From the NCBI GenBank assembly GCA_964304625.1, contig OZ199838.1:4427354-4491353 (forward strand): DNA of 64,000 bases. Direction: 5' to 3'. The DNA is from Kudoa neothunni (lineage: Eukaryota > Animalia > Cnidaria). The translations under genes and the position numbers were made by a program. The notes under the pieces were generated by a model. It was not told the DNA's origin and did not search any database. It saw nothing but the letters and a program-made list of their open reading frames with translations. Below, one piece after another: positions 27,353 through 41,149 of the stretch; positions within the stretch are counted from its first letter, which is position 1; each line of letters begins with the position of its first letter.

Positions 27353-30300
27353 TTATGAGCACTGGCGAGATGCGATGCCACTGTTATCGGTAGAGGGGGT
27401 TTCTTGAAGTGAGTTTTCATTCTGCAAAGCATCGACTTCATCACCTACTACTACTTTCTCAGTTCCGGAATTTTCACACAGAGCTGTTGCTGCTTCTTGA
27501 GAAATTTTAATGGGAGTGGTTGGCTGAACTGTATCATTTTGAATCTCGAGGGTTTCGTTTTTTATTGTTTGTGACGATGTAAAAGAAACATTGGCAGGTG
27601 GTTTTGCAATTTGACGATATCTTTCTTCACAATCAGACGGCTTTGAGGGCCATGTTCCAGTTATAACAAAATACAGCAGTTTGTGGAAACGAGCCATAAT
27701 CACGCGTTGCTATATTTGAATTGGTTAAACACGACTAAAGACATTAGATTTACCTTGGGCCACTTAACAATACTGCAAATCATATCATAGGTGAGATCGT
27801 TGACCGAGTTGTATTGATCGATGAAACCTCCCCATTCTAAATAATCGCTCGATACAAACAAGAATTATCGAAAACAATCACATACGAGAATCACGCGCTT
27901 TATCATAAGCATCAATGAGCACTTTATGAAGATCGAAATCTTCATCGAAGAAGATTTGTCTATCACCTGACACTATACCATACCTAAAGAGGGAACAAGG
28001 TTGAAATGGTGTTCAGTGGTGACGTAATTCACACATAATACCTTTCAACTATCTTCAGTAGCATATAATCGTGTGATCCACTAACCCACCAACCAGGTAA
28101 ATCGGACAACAAAAGTGAATCAGTAGGCAAAATATATAGTTTTTCAGTAACATCATCTCTGTTAAGCACTTTATTACGTAATATTTCAATCAGATCCGCA
28201 CGGTTCAACAATTTTATAGCTTTATCAGCAGTTATTCCATCCATGGGTTTAAAATCACTCGGGAGATTTGACACCGAAAATGAGAAAATAGAATTTAGAT
28301 TGATTTGGAGTGCAGTGGGAGTTGGATTTAATTCGTTCAGCGTGCTAAGTACATACACGCAAGAGAAAACTAAATATTTGGCAAACATGGTCAATTGTTC
28401 ATCTGTGCGTTTTTCAAAAGGTTTGAAGCAACGAATATGATCCCAATTGAATTGAAAGTCGGGGGATAAAATTGCATTATTTGGTTCATCGTTACTGCCA
28501 TTATATAAGTCGTAGTTGAACTCGAGACCAAACTGAATAACTGTTTTGTAGAATTCGTTCTCTTCTTTCTTGCTTAGTTTGATATCGTACATCGACACAG
28601 GTCCTCCTGAATAGCTGGTAGGTGATGCATTAGTTGCCGATCTGGACTTTGATTTTCTCGACGACTTATCGGTGGCATCTTGTGCATTTTTACTTTTCCA
28701 GAATGAAGTGACAAGTCGGCGGAATCGAGTATTCAAATAGCACGCAGGTGGCCATTCATCAGATACATCCACAACAGCAGTGGCTGCAGGATCTTCATCG
28801 ACCTGAGAAGATACGGGAGGATTGGAATTTTCGCGATCAATTAAAATATCTTCTTCAACCTCTTGTGTAGCACGATCATCGTCAGAGTTAAAATCAGACA
28901 GGTCACCTGGAACGGCATTAATATTGTTGGTGCCATTGTTGGCTGGGTCAATATTGGAGCTTTTCTCTTTGGTGGCAGTAGAATTAGTGGTTCTAGTGTT
29001 ACGCTTTGGTTGTGGCGACTTCATTGCGACATTAATACGTTTGCGTTTTCTACCTCTACGTTTAGGTCCTTCTTCGGTGTTAGTGTTGGCGGACGAAACA
29101 GATTGTTTGTTCAATTGGGCTTCTAGTTGCTCTTCCTGTTGTTTGATGAACTGTGTTAGTTTTTCTTCAGGTATCAGCTCATGGAAAACGAGTTGCGTAT
29201 CCAATAACATCTCTTTGTACTTTTCATAGCCATGCTTGTAAGTTCCGATGAGCAGTGATTTATCGCACTGTTCATTCCACCATGAAGCTAATGAAGAGTT
29301 GTCAGTGAATTTAGGTAATGTAACCAATAGATTAATGTCTTCGGCACGACCACCACTCATAATAAGATCATCTGTTTTACCGATAATTTCATTCTGCAGC
29401 ACAAACAGCAAACGAATTCTAAGAAGGATTTTGTTGGCATTGTGTTGGAGATGTTTGCGATAGCCGGGATCGAGAATGAACAGGTCGGGGTCACAATCTT
29501 TCCAATCGGTTGACACTTCCAGAGCACATGGAGGTTGTTTTTCTTTTGTACGTTTAGCACGTTTACCAACTTGACGTCGTGAAGACCTAGTTTTCACATA
29601 GGGTTTGTAGTTGAAATCATCGTTGTCATCATTTTTAGAGGAGCCACCTTTGGCGAATGAATTTTTGATAATAGCTTCGATGAAGTTTTTGGTTGAGGCA
29701 TCCACCTTGGCGAAATGCCAACAATACACCAAAATACATCTAGCTATCTGGAGAACATCATCATAAGTGACAAGAGTTTTGAAGTTGGCGTACAACGTAA
29801 CCACTTCCCAACGTCCCCATCCAAATATGAGCAACTGTTTCTCAACTTTAAAACATTCCACTCGCAACCAACTAGTTCTAGTTGTAGTAACTACATTTCG
29901 ACCGGGTTGATCGAAATCATCATGATCCAAATCGGAATCCATATCGGTGTGGTAGGAGTCGGCATCATCGTAGTTGATTACCTTGCGTTCTCTGGGAGTA
30001 TCAAAAACAAGATCATTCGACTTGTTGAGAGAAAGTTTCGCTTTTTGTGCCCATTTCTCCCAAAATAGAGGATCATCAACGTCGATATCATCTTTTTTGT
30101 TGGCTTGGAAGGAGGCTTTGGCGAAAGTGGAACCTTGACCTTCACCTGCAATCTGAACCACGGTTGCACGTCGTTCAAGAATTTGATCAATATCTTCGGC
30201 ACAAAATTGGGCACTTTCTGCTGTATCTTCATCCATAAGAGCACCATAGGCCCCTCTTTTCAATAGATCTTCGATATCCTGTTTAGACAGTTGCTGTTTT

Positions 30301-33300
30301 TCGTTGGATTTCGAGGGTGCCAACGGTTGATCTGCATTGGAGTTGTTATTGTTGATACTTTGAAGAACCGCCTTATCGAGACCCAATTTCAAACTTGCTC
30401 TATCGAACATCTCGCGTTCATAGGAATTTCGACAGATAAGACGATACACTTTGACTGATTTACTCTGACCGATTCGATGACAACGGGCTTGAGCTTGGAT
30501 ATCGTTTTGAGGATTCCAATCACTGTCGAAAATGATCACAGTATCAGCAGCGGTTAGATTGATACCAAGACCACCAGCTTTGGTACAGAGCAGGAAAATG
30601 AACCTATCCGAATCAGGTCTGCTGAAACGATCTATTGCTGCCTGTCTCAAATTGCCACGAATGCTTCCATCAATTCGTTCGTATAGGTATTTCTTCTGCA
30701 ACAAGTAATCTTCTATGATATCAAGAACTTTGACCATTTGACTGAAAAGGAGCACGCGATGACCATTGGCTTTCAGTTTGGGAAGCAGTTTGTCGACCAA
30801 CACCAACTTACCAGACGACTCAATCAAACTTCGAAGATGGTACGCAGCCATATCGTCATTAGAATGACTGTAAAAGTCACTTGTGATTTTTTCTTCGCAA
30901 CCCTTGATAAGGAAAGGATGATTGCAACATTTGCGAAGTTCCATCATCGTATTCATAAGGTTGGGCATATTGGATGTGGAAGTGCCTTTAGCGAGAAACG
31001 AGAAATTCTTCTCCAATATACTTTTGTAGATACGACGTTGTATGCTAGTCATTTCAACTTCGATGATAGTTTCCTCCTTGGGAGCTATATTTTTCTCAAC
31101 ATCTTCTTTCAAACGTCGCAACATTATCGGTTTAAGCACCCGTTGCAATTTGGCCACTTGATCATTCGATTGCAGATTTCCAAATTCTTCCATGAACGCC
31201 TGTTCACTTGGTATATTTTGCGGGTCGAGGAAGCTCAACAGACTGTACAACTCTTCGAGACTGTTCTGAAGTGGGGTACCGGTAAGGAGAACGCGGTGTT
31301 CAATCTGAAGAAAACTAAGACTTTCAAGCAGCTTGCATTTTTTGTTTTTCAGGCGATGAGCTTCATCAACCACAGCCACTCTCCAGCGAACCGAACTCAA
31401 AAACTTCAATTCCGACAAAATCATTTCATACGTGGTGATAAGTGCATCAAATTTGTACACATTCGGCACAACATTACCGTCTTTATCGTGATAGAACAAC
31501 TCATACTTGTGAATAATGTTTCTACTATGAGCTGTACCATGGAACATAATCACATTGAGATCGGTCCATGTTTTGAATTCTCGATACCAATTGTGTATTG
31601 TGGACAATGGTGCAATTATAAGGAATGGACCACGAACCCCAAGGTTATACACATCTTGAACCAGCGCAATACTTTGAATGGTCTTACCAAGACCCATCTC
31701 ATCAGCCAATATACAATTCTGCCAACGATAATAACAGAATCGTAACCAATTGAGACCTTCCAATTGATATTCTCGTAGCGAGTTATTTTCTTTATAGATA
31801 GGCGACGAGGGTAACTCTTTCCATGACGACATATTAGGACGTTGTACAAACGTCGTTCTCTCAGCAGTCAGACTTTTCTCTCTTTCCTCAAACTCTTGGA
31901 TTACATCATCATCAATTAGATCTTCAGGCTCCCAAGTGCTATCTTCATACGGTAGCGAACACCACTTTATGAGATAGTGAGTGATAACAATTGGTGCATT
32001 TTTGTTGGTATCCTCAGTTTTAACCATAGCTGTCTCATTATTAGTATTGGTGGTGCGATCACCATCCAAAGAAGTGCCAATAATAGGATTTGTAGGTTCG
32101 ATCTTGGTCAACTCATCTTCAACTTTAGGATCGGGTATGTAGTCAGTAACAGTTTTGGCTAAAATTCTATCCACTTCCACATAGTCAGGATTGAAATATT
32201 CATCTTCCATAGTGAACTGCCAGATATTTTCAGATTTACGTTGTTTGTATCGTTTAACTTTGTTGATAGCCAGACGATCTTTCAGTTTCATTTCCTCAAG
32301 AGTGAGCCATTCACAATGAAGATAAGAATAGTATTTGTATTTGACATAGAACTCCTCTTCACCTAATCCATCAGTCGCGACGGTAACAGTAGTGGTTGGG
32401 TCTGCCGTGGTACCCTGAGACAAGCCAGCAACAAACGGCTTTACATCGCCGTTGTTCTCCAAACCATTATCTATTGATGCTTTGGGTTGACGAATACGAT
32501 CAGCAAGAATTCTATCAATAACAGCCACATTGTTATCATTGATATGGGTCATTTGTACGGGTATAAGTTCAGGAGCATTAGATTTGTCGGCAGATGCTGA
32601 AACACCGGCCGCATCCCCAGCTGAATGTTCATCTCCTTCCTCATGTTTAATTTTTTCGTCACCGTCAGCATCAGCGTCCTCAAAATCAAAATCAAAAGCG
32701 TAATTCTTGGGTTTCTTGGCACGAGTTGACCTCCTTAATGGACCAGTCATATTGGCAAGCTCATCTATTTCTTTTCGAGTTGGTTCTGGCGATGATGAGA
32801 AATCTGACGATTCGGTGTCTGATCTTCTTCTTCGACGTCTTCCCGTTGTGGGTAATGACGCTCTTCCACCACCATTACCTCCGTGGGACATTCCGTGCAT
32901 GCTACCTTGTTGATAGGGAATTCGACCCATGGATGCCGCTGCAGCATTCATACCAACCATGTTGACCATATTCGGCAAATTGGCCATTTGATTCATCGCA
33001 AACATCTGTTGCTGGAAATTGGGATTGAATGGCATCTGATTGTTATTTTGCATCATATTAGGTTGTTGCTTTGGAGACATCATTCGGAACAGATTCTGTT
33101 GGTTGGTTGCGGTGTGCTGTTGAAGCATATAGGGTGGAATTTGACCGGGCATGTTGTTTATGAACTGCATTTTCATTCGTTGGTTGTTCATCATTTGGAT
33201 AGCCATCATACGTTGTTGAAGAGCTTGCATTGCACGGATGTTGTTCATGTTGGTTTGTTTCTGTTGTTGCTGCTGTTGCTGTTGATCCATCATTTGTTGT

Positions 33301-34366
33301 TGCTGTTGCTGCTGCTGCTGCTGTTGAGTTTGAGCTTGCAAAGCAGACACCATATTCATATTTGAGTTGTTGACACCCATCATGGAGTTGTTCATCATTG
33401 AAAGTTGCCTCATTTGAGCTGCTTGTTGTTGCTGCTGCTGTTGTTGTTGAGCGGTGACCAACTGCATATATATTTCCTGTAATTGGTTCAAACGCAGAAC
33501 CATCTGTGTTACTACATCTTTGTTTTGAGGGGACAAACTAGATTGACTTGCTGCTATTTGACCTTTGAGCTGAGCCATTTGCATAGCAACTAATTGAATT
33601 TTTTCCGCCAAACCTTGATGTTGTTGCAGAGGCTGCTGTGTTGGTATTTGTGTTTGTTGCATGCCAATCATATTCTGTTGTGGATTCATATCCTGGTTGA
33701 CATAGTTGGAATTGGGAACGGTATTCCCAGTTGAGGGCATGTTGCCCATATTCATCGCCATGCCGGTGACAATGTTGTTAGAGAGCGCAGGGGTAGAGGT
33801 GGAGTTTACTGGATGGGCACAACTGCTATTGCTACCACTGTTGTTACCATTGCTGCTGCAATTGCTCAAACCAGGTACTGCGTTAGACGGGTTCGCGTGC
33901 TGAGTTTGACAGTTGTTGAAACCGGGTTGATTAAAGAAATTCATATCTAAGCGTTGGAAGATGAGTTGTGTGATAAAGGTAAACACATAGACTTACTGTT
34001 AGTATCATTGTTGGCTCTCACCCGACCAACCCCAGGATTTCCCATATTATTCGGTATGCTGTTATCGCTGTTCAACATCACATTATCTCCACTATTCACC
34101 ATATTATCGTAAGCATTCATTGTTGCACAATTGTTCGGGTTGGAATTTGGATCGAAAGGCATGCCACCTCCTCCTATTGAAGGTGCATTAACGTTCATAG
34201 GAAACTGGGTCATTCCAGCTCCAATGTTGATGTTATTGCTGTTATTATCAATAACAGCGGGTTGATTATCAAACGAATGGGCGGTCACACCAACATCAGC
34301 TGGTGCTGTGTTGCTGCCGCCAGTGTTATTGTTTTGGGTACTACTTGTATCAGTAGATTGATTCAT
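27353..34366 (-). CDS. Chromodomain-helicase-DNA-binding protein, subfamily III (CHD6-9/Kismet-like)
   Basis: Tandem chromodomains (FYVKYKYYSYLHCEW; YLIKWCSLPYEDSTWE), SNF2 ATPase (ILADEMGLGKT, VVDEAH, QAQARCHRIGQ) and subfamily-III motifs (ECFKVEKQLLIFGWGRW, WWNEQCDKSLLIGTYKHGYEKY, WPK...GTWP). It has a 50-bp intron at 33947-33996, a roughly 5.9 kb exon and small 3' exons. The N-terminus is Q/N/M-rich. Confidence 0.95.
33261..33449 (-). repeat. CAG/CAA polyglutamine tracts in the CHD N-terminus
   Basis: Three (CTG/TTG)n runs at 33261-33284, 33294-33326 and 33423-33449. Confidence 0.9.
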
Positions 34367-36271
34367 AAGCTGTTGTTGTGTATATCTAAATGAGTAGATC
34401 AGAGAAAATCCAATGAAAAGTTTGGCAGCATGAAATCTGTACAAAAAATGATGAAAAGGAATAATGATTTAATCCACTTTGTAAAGGTAACAATTATTGA
34501 TAAACAAATAGTGGTGGTATTCAAACTGAAATTTAACGATAGATATCAACAAATTAAAACAACAATAAGACAGAAATTAGTCGCTGCGACCAAACAGATC
34601 CTACATTATTACAGATATATAGACCATTAGGATGCAACAGTGATCAGATATTTCAAATTCAAAGTTAGCGCTAACAACCAATTGCAAAATATAGTTCTAA
34701 ATACTTCTTGTGATTCACAATACCCAATAACTAACCCAGTAACAAAATCCGATATTAAAACTTCATTACCAGTTTGGTGGTGAAGTACAGAAGTATGTTA
34801 ATCAAAGCTAAATCCTACCAAAAATAAATTTTTACCTTCAAGTTAGTGTGTATCGGATTTGGGTAAAAGGACTTATAAGCTACAGTGACAATCCTACAGA
34901 GCCGATTGGATCGATATACGCACTGTTGACGATTAGCTCGGGCAACGCTATACAACACCGCACGGCTACTTATTCTCTTTAATAACAGCTATTATGTCCG
35001 CACTTATCTCACCTCGGTCTATGAAAACTAAGCTGCTTTTTTATTGATTAGCGAATACTATGGAAATTTAAATTTTTACAGATTATATTTCCGCCCCACT
35101 CCCTGCCATATTAACTTTACTACCATCACATAATGCGAATGCATTAATCCGATTAATCCCATAGGATTATCTCAATGAATACATCATGAGTTGTGTACAA
35201 CTATTGATCAAACTCACACACAATAATATAGATTATTATGATAGTTGAATAATAGAACGCGTTAAAAAGCCGATCACACAACTAAACAAACTGTTACTCA
35301 ATAATAAATCTCCCTATTAGGATTAGTAAACAAGCTGCCAAGTCACAATCCCGAATAGATCGTGACAACGAAAACTCTCGGGGGTTATTATCGATAATCT
35401 TTGACCCGATTGTAACTCATCCCTTTTCTAAGCCTTATAGTTTTGGCAGGATTCGTTCATCTTAAATCTATTGTATACTTTGGCGAACAATATATACACA
35501 CACCCTAATTCGCAGTCATATCTTTTATGTATGATTGTATGGAAGGACAATTAATTCATTGATTTTGTTTCATATAAACTGGTATTGCTTCTAATGTATA
35601 GAATAATAGCTATTGTGCTGTGCTGTAAAGGCGTTGTTGTTTAAGAGTTGCTAAGATAATCACAGCGCGGGTTGGCGGCAGATTAGTTTTAAGTCCCTTG
35701 CGCATTTGCAACTACATCACACGGTAGGACATTCACTATTGGTATGCAGTAGATGTGTCTTTCGATAATAGCATTAATCTTCGTTGATAGATTTTAATAA
35801 CTTTTAAGCGGTTGTCAACTAATTGTTTCATCATGATTAGTGAGATTAGTCCGAAACTTTTGCGAACTCCTGTTCCCACGTTGTAATGTGAGAATTGACG
35901 CCGAGTGAAATGGGGCGGTAATTTTCGCGAATGCGGTAGTGAATCTCTCCTGGTTAGCGGAGTACCTTGTGCGTACGTTATGGATTTTACGTCTTGGAGT
36001 GGAGTGTTTTTTGGTAATTCTGGATTAAATGGCGCTTAATCATGAAATTATCTGTTTTAAGTAGCTTTCAAGAATAATCACTGCCATTAAACGAAAAATT
36101 AAAAAACCATATGTGAATGGATCGTACGCATCTTTATGCCATAATTTACTTTTAAGAAATGACGTTTTACCTAATTTGTATTATCAATGAGAAAATAAAT
36201 TCCACAGCCATACATATAAGGATCATGATACGAAGTAACCTTTTGGGAGTGCGAATTTAGAGAGTGTTTAA

Positions 36272-37015
36272 CCCTCCCAGTCCTAAGTAAGGTCATTCGT
36301 GACTCCACATAAGCTATTTTTCTTTTCACGAATTCTGATCTCATCGTTTGATGCTTCTAGGAATACCTCGAATAAATATGAATTTTGAATTGGACGAATT
36401 TTTGTTCATTTTAAGCGTTTAAGAAAATAACTATACCACAATTTTTATCTATTATTTTAAATTATCGAATTAGATTTTATTGGTTTAATATAAAAAAAAA
36501 ATACAGTTTAGTTTCTAGCTAAGCTGCAGTGGGATTGACGACAATTAATCTGTACACAATCAAATTAACATTACTTCTGTGTTAGTGAAACGTAACTTTC
36601 TTAATGTTTTTATATTATCTTGTCTGTTAAAAATAATATTTACTTATTACTAAACAAAATGATCTCAAATAATACATACAACAATATCGAATAGCCTATA
36701 CAAAATAATTTTAACTCAAATTCCGGTGATGATTGCGATTTAAAAATATCAGAATCTGACAATTTCCTATAAAGATTATTTTGACTCTTCAAGAAAACAA
36801 TATAGTAACAGATGCTTTCACCACCCGAGGACTAAGATTAAGAAGTCTACGTTATCTTGTTCTAATTGCGGTGAATTTATTTGCCAAAACCATACCAAGA
36901 AAAAATGAGTTATCTCATGTAACAAGTGACCCGAAAAGTTTTCTCATATAAATTTGTTATTATTAATGTCAAATCTATTGGGCGGGGATTTTGTAGTATA
37001 TTTAAAATTGAAGGG
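36272..37015 (+). mobile_element. piggyBac internal-deletion derivative retaining the C-terminal Cys-rich domain
   Basis: TTAA|CCCT at 36268-36275 and AGGG|TTAA at 37012-37019. About 36810-36930 translates RCFHHPRTKIKKSTLSCSNCGEFICQNH...SC, like the piggyBac CRD. Confidence 0.75.
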
Positions 37016-37808
37016 TTAATTTAATTGTGCAATTTTAATACACACGATTCTTACCAGTTGGTAAGACTCATAGTTAACTTAGTATAATCGGCTGCATTTG
37101 ATTATATATTTTAATTGAAAATTCATAAAAAGTTAAATGATCAAGTATAATCAAAAATATACTCAGCCGCATACTGTTTATAACAATAATAACCCCCTTC
37201 CAACGTCTTTGCAAAACATCTATTTTTCATATTGCCTCAAATATTTTTATAATTCAACATGATAATGAAAAATGAATTTTCAACGCCGCCCTAATACAGT
37301 GCTTTGAAAAGCAATGAGACGATCAAAATGCGCCAGCAGATATGCGCACTAAGTTTACTTTAAATTCTCCAAATAAAGAGGTTAACCCATGGCGACATCA
37401 TTTAAAATTGCATTAGAAATGTTAATTGTAACTTTCAGCAAGATTTGAAGTGAAAGGAATATCGTTCATGGCTCTAAATGATCATTTCAAGATTCAGTAG
37501 ATTGATTGGTTCCTTCTAGGTAGTTCTTTCAGAATATCGAAAAAATGAAGATAAATTAATATCCTTTAACTCGGTTTCCTTCGTTAATTTTTTTTGTACT
37601 CGTCTTCAACAAGGTTTGTTGATATGGAAACAAATGAGTTTACTAACAAATATAAAAATTTAGAAAAACTTTTATGTTGACTATATATTCCAATTGTTTG
37701 TTTTCTGATTAACATTTGACTAGAATTTAAGATGTACAATTAAATACTCAATTTTGTTGTTTTTTTAAAGAGCAACATAAGCTTATATTTTAAATCGATA
37801 AAAATATG

Positions 37809-37811
37809 TCT

Positions 37812-37853
<42 letters not shown>

Positions 37854-38635
37854 TTGTAATATCCATGTGTGTGTCTGTGTAAGTGCGCAAATCTTCTCCT
37901 CATACAGAGACTTTCTAGACTATTTGAGTTTCGTAATATACTTTAAAAAAATACAACGAGGTTGTCTGATTGCTTAAAAGTTGATGAATTGGTGGTGTCA
38001 ACTTTTTGTAAACAGATTAGCGCTGACGATAACGAGATTATCACAATTCGTGATTTCCTAATGGGTTCAGTGATATGCGTAGATAACTCTAATTTTCTGG
38101 ATGTAAATAGAACTGAATCTTTGATAGTTTATTCTTTTCTACTTTTGAACGTATTTAAGACGATCTACAACATTCGTTCGTGCGTAGGCGGGGAGTCGGT
38201 GTAAACGAAGATTTCTTGTTTATAGGGGAGATTAACACACGAGAATAAATTATTTACTTTGCACGTTTGATTAAAGATAAAGTGTTTCAAATATTTTCAA
38301 AATAAACATAAAATGATGTTATAACATTATAATTAAATTAAATATTGTTAACAAACTTTTAGGTTAGTTAGTTAGTTCATCGACGGGTTAGTTAAAGTGA
38401 TTAATACGCCACACGAGTTGTAAGAACTTATGATTTCTTAATGAGAATAAAGTCCAATAAAGAATAACGTGAAGATGATCGAGACATTACTGTTTATATC
38501 GATCAACATTGTCGTAGAAAAGGGCGATAAAATAATTATAATTTACTTTGAACTTAAAGTGACCTTGACCTGCTCAAGGCTTTAGTCTGTGTGGCCGGGA
38601 GAGGAAACCCACGCGAGGCGGGGCTTTTGCGGTAG
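37809..38635 (+). mobile_element. Non-autonomous Helitron
   Basis: 5' TC followed by (TA)n and a GTGTGTGTCTG leader similar to the neighbouring Helitron heads. The 3' end is GC-rich (CGCGAGGCGGGGCTTTTGCG) followed by GTAG, a degenerate CTAG. Confidence 0.6.
37816..37851. repeat. (TA)18 microsatellite
   Basis: Read directly. It lies at the Helitron 5' end. Confidence 0.95.
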
Positions 38636-39042
38636 AATTTACAAAGTTGAAGCGTCCGTGTGTACGTGTCAGCAAGTACGCATGTGCGTAAAAATGTATT
38701 TCCTTATAGAAAGACATTTATGAAACTTCTAAACATTCATGATACAGTAAAAATTATTCTAATTGTTGCGGCATCATTAAAAGCTCTAAAAATAAAAATT
38801 TATTTTCCAGGTTTTAATTTCGTTGGCCGGATTCAAATAGTTCATTTATAGGATTATACCCAATGTAATATGATTAAAACTTTATTAAGTAGGAATAAAA
38901 TCACTTATTTCAGGGTGATGGTTGATGTCAACACTCTTGTTACATGTTATAATCAAACGCTGATTTAATATTGTCAACTACCTGTATACAGAAATTAGGT
39001 GTGCATTTTATAAGATGAACGCAATTACATTCTTTATATATA

Positions 39043-40186
39043 CTAGCGTGAACTGCCCAGCGTTGCTTGAGGAAGATTTCGCATAGATACGCTTCTTAAC
39101 AATATTCAAAAAATATATTGAGGTTGTGAATTAACCCATAGAAGAAAAATAACTAATAAATTTTAAACATCATACATTAACAAATTGGATTGACGAAATT
39201 TAGATTATGATCACTTCTGTGAAGGAAAGTATCATTCCCGGCGTTCATTTAAAAATTTCATGACCCGGCACCAATGCTAAATAATTTAAGGTCCGCGTCA
39301 TTTTTTTCTACATTCCTGAATTATTTACATTACCATAAAGTGTTGTCTAAAATGTTATTTGTTGGCCCACGGATTTATCAAAGCCGATTCTGGCCTGACT
39401 CGGAAAGCTTATGACATAAACTTTATGTCATGCTTTTCTGGGGAGGTAAAAAAATAGAAATAGAAGAAAATTTACGACAACTGATCTTTAATGATCAAAT
39501 TATTATCCCATGTCCCGGCGTGAACATTAATTCATTATTTCTCATAAACAGTTTCAGATCGAGTCAATATCAGCATAAATTATTAAAATAATAAGATTAA
39601 GTAAAAGTACATTCATCTGAATTTAATTTAATCCCAGAAAGTTAAACTTAGGGGTCGACTTTAATAAAATCTATAGACATGGTGCTTGTATTATAAGGCT
39701 TCAATCTATCTGATTATAGAATTCCTTTCCAAACGCTATTAATGATGCAAACATAGACTTTTCCCATATTTTAAACCATTAATAGAACTATTAAAATATA
39801 CTTAACAAGTCATATGCGCAAAACCCAGAATATACACGCCATCTTTATATAAAAATTCAGATGTTATGGCTTAATTTAAATTTGATAAAGCATATAAGGA
39901 GGAAAGTTAACTCCAACCATCCATCGACAGGTCATAAGCAGGTGTTAATCCTATTGTTGAACTCAAGTAATCCGAAAAATAAACTTTGAATCGACAAAAC
40001 CACCATTTTCTAAACACTTTGGGGAACATTTGGTAGTGTAAAAACGATTGAAAGATTTTTTGAAACATTGTAGTTTTTAAAAAACTTCATAAATGTCTCT
40101 CTATAAGGAAAAAAATTTTGACGCACATGCATACTTGCCGACACACACACGGACATTTCAGCTTTGTATACACAATAGATAGTAGA
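39043..40186 (-). mobile_element. Non-autonomous Helitron nested antisense inside the large Helitron
   Basis: Canonical A|TC 5' end (40187/40186). The 3' end is GCAACGCTGGGCAGTTCACG-CTAG|T (39043/39042). There is no TSD and the target is A-T. Confidence 0.85.
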
Positions 40187-41149
40187 TGACTCATAAATAT
40201 ATTTTACTTGACAGGCGCTCATTAAGAATTTTTATTAATTGTTTTAATGCAATAAAATGGATTACATCTGCTAATTTAAAGATGGATTGGTAACATATTA
40301 TAATTAGGTCAATTAAAGCCTTCTAATTCTAGGTCAACAACCTTAGATTTAATTGAAGCAGCATGTTAAATTAAACCTATAACAATTAAATTCAGTAACA
40401 AAGTTTTAGTTTTACTTTACCTGACTATTTAATATTTTAGGTGGATATTTTGACTGCGTAACTATGTTATACTCAAGAGTATATTATAGTTTATATCGGA
40501 TCAAGTGTTATTAATTTGAGCTAAAAAATTAGTTTATTTAAGTTACCTTCTAACTTAATAGTTGTTGTTATTTCCATGAGTTCCGTAAAATTACCTTAAT
40601 TTTAATTTCATCAATCACAATTTTTAAAAGTATAATACTTTAAATAATTTATTGTTTAATCCTTTCTATGGGTTAACTGAAAGTATTAGTGTATTCTTCA
40701 AATGTTCTTAAAGGAATCTTCCACTCAATAACATTTTTGATACGAAGTCAAACTGGGTATATCGTGTTATAGACACAAATGTCAATTTATTCATCACAAT
40801 TGCTGTTACACAATATTAATTCATCAAGGCTTCTTTAATGGAGTGGCTCTCTATTGTAATCGTTCACGCATTTTTCTACTTCAAGCCATTATCCCATCTG
40901 TTTTTAAGACAATAGCCCTCGCTACAATACAGAAAATTCAAGATTATTTCCTTTTAGCATATGATTTTCACAATAAGGAAGAATACATATCCGCCAGATA
41001 TATTTATTTCTGTAACGTAAAAATTATTATCATCCATATCACATAACTTTTACTTATAAAATCATGTTCGGCGTTATTTCTCGGTACAAACATTCGATGT
41101 ATTATGTATCAATATTTTAATAGTAATATTAAGATTATTTCTATTTTCA

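Noticed and set aside
30738-31745. 335-aa plus-strand ORF and other ORFs overlapping CHD
   Set aside because: These are antisense shadows of the long CHD exon with no recognisable motifs. The same applies to the ORFs opposite P5CS, CDC16 and ATP13A1.
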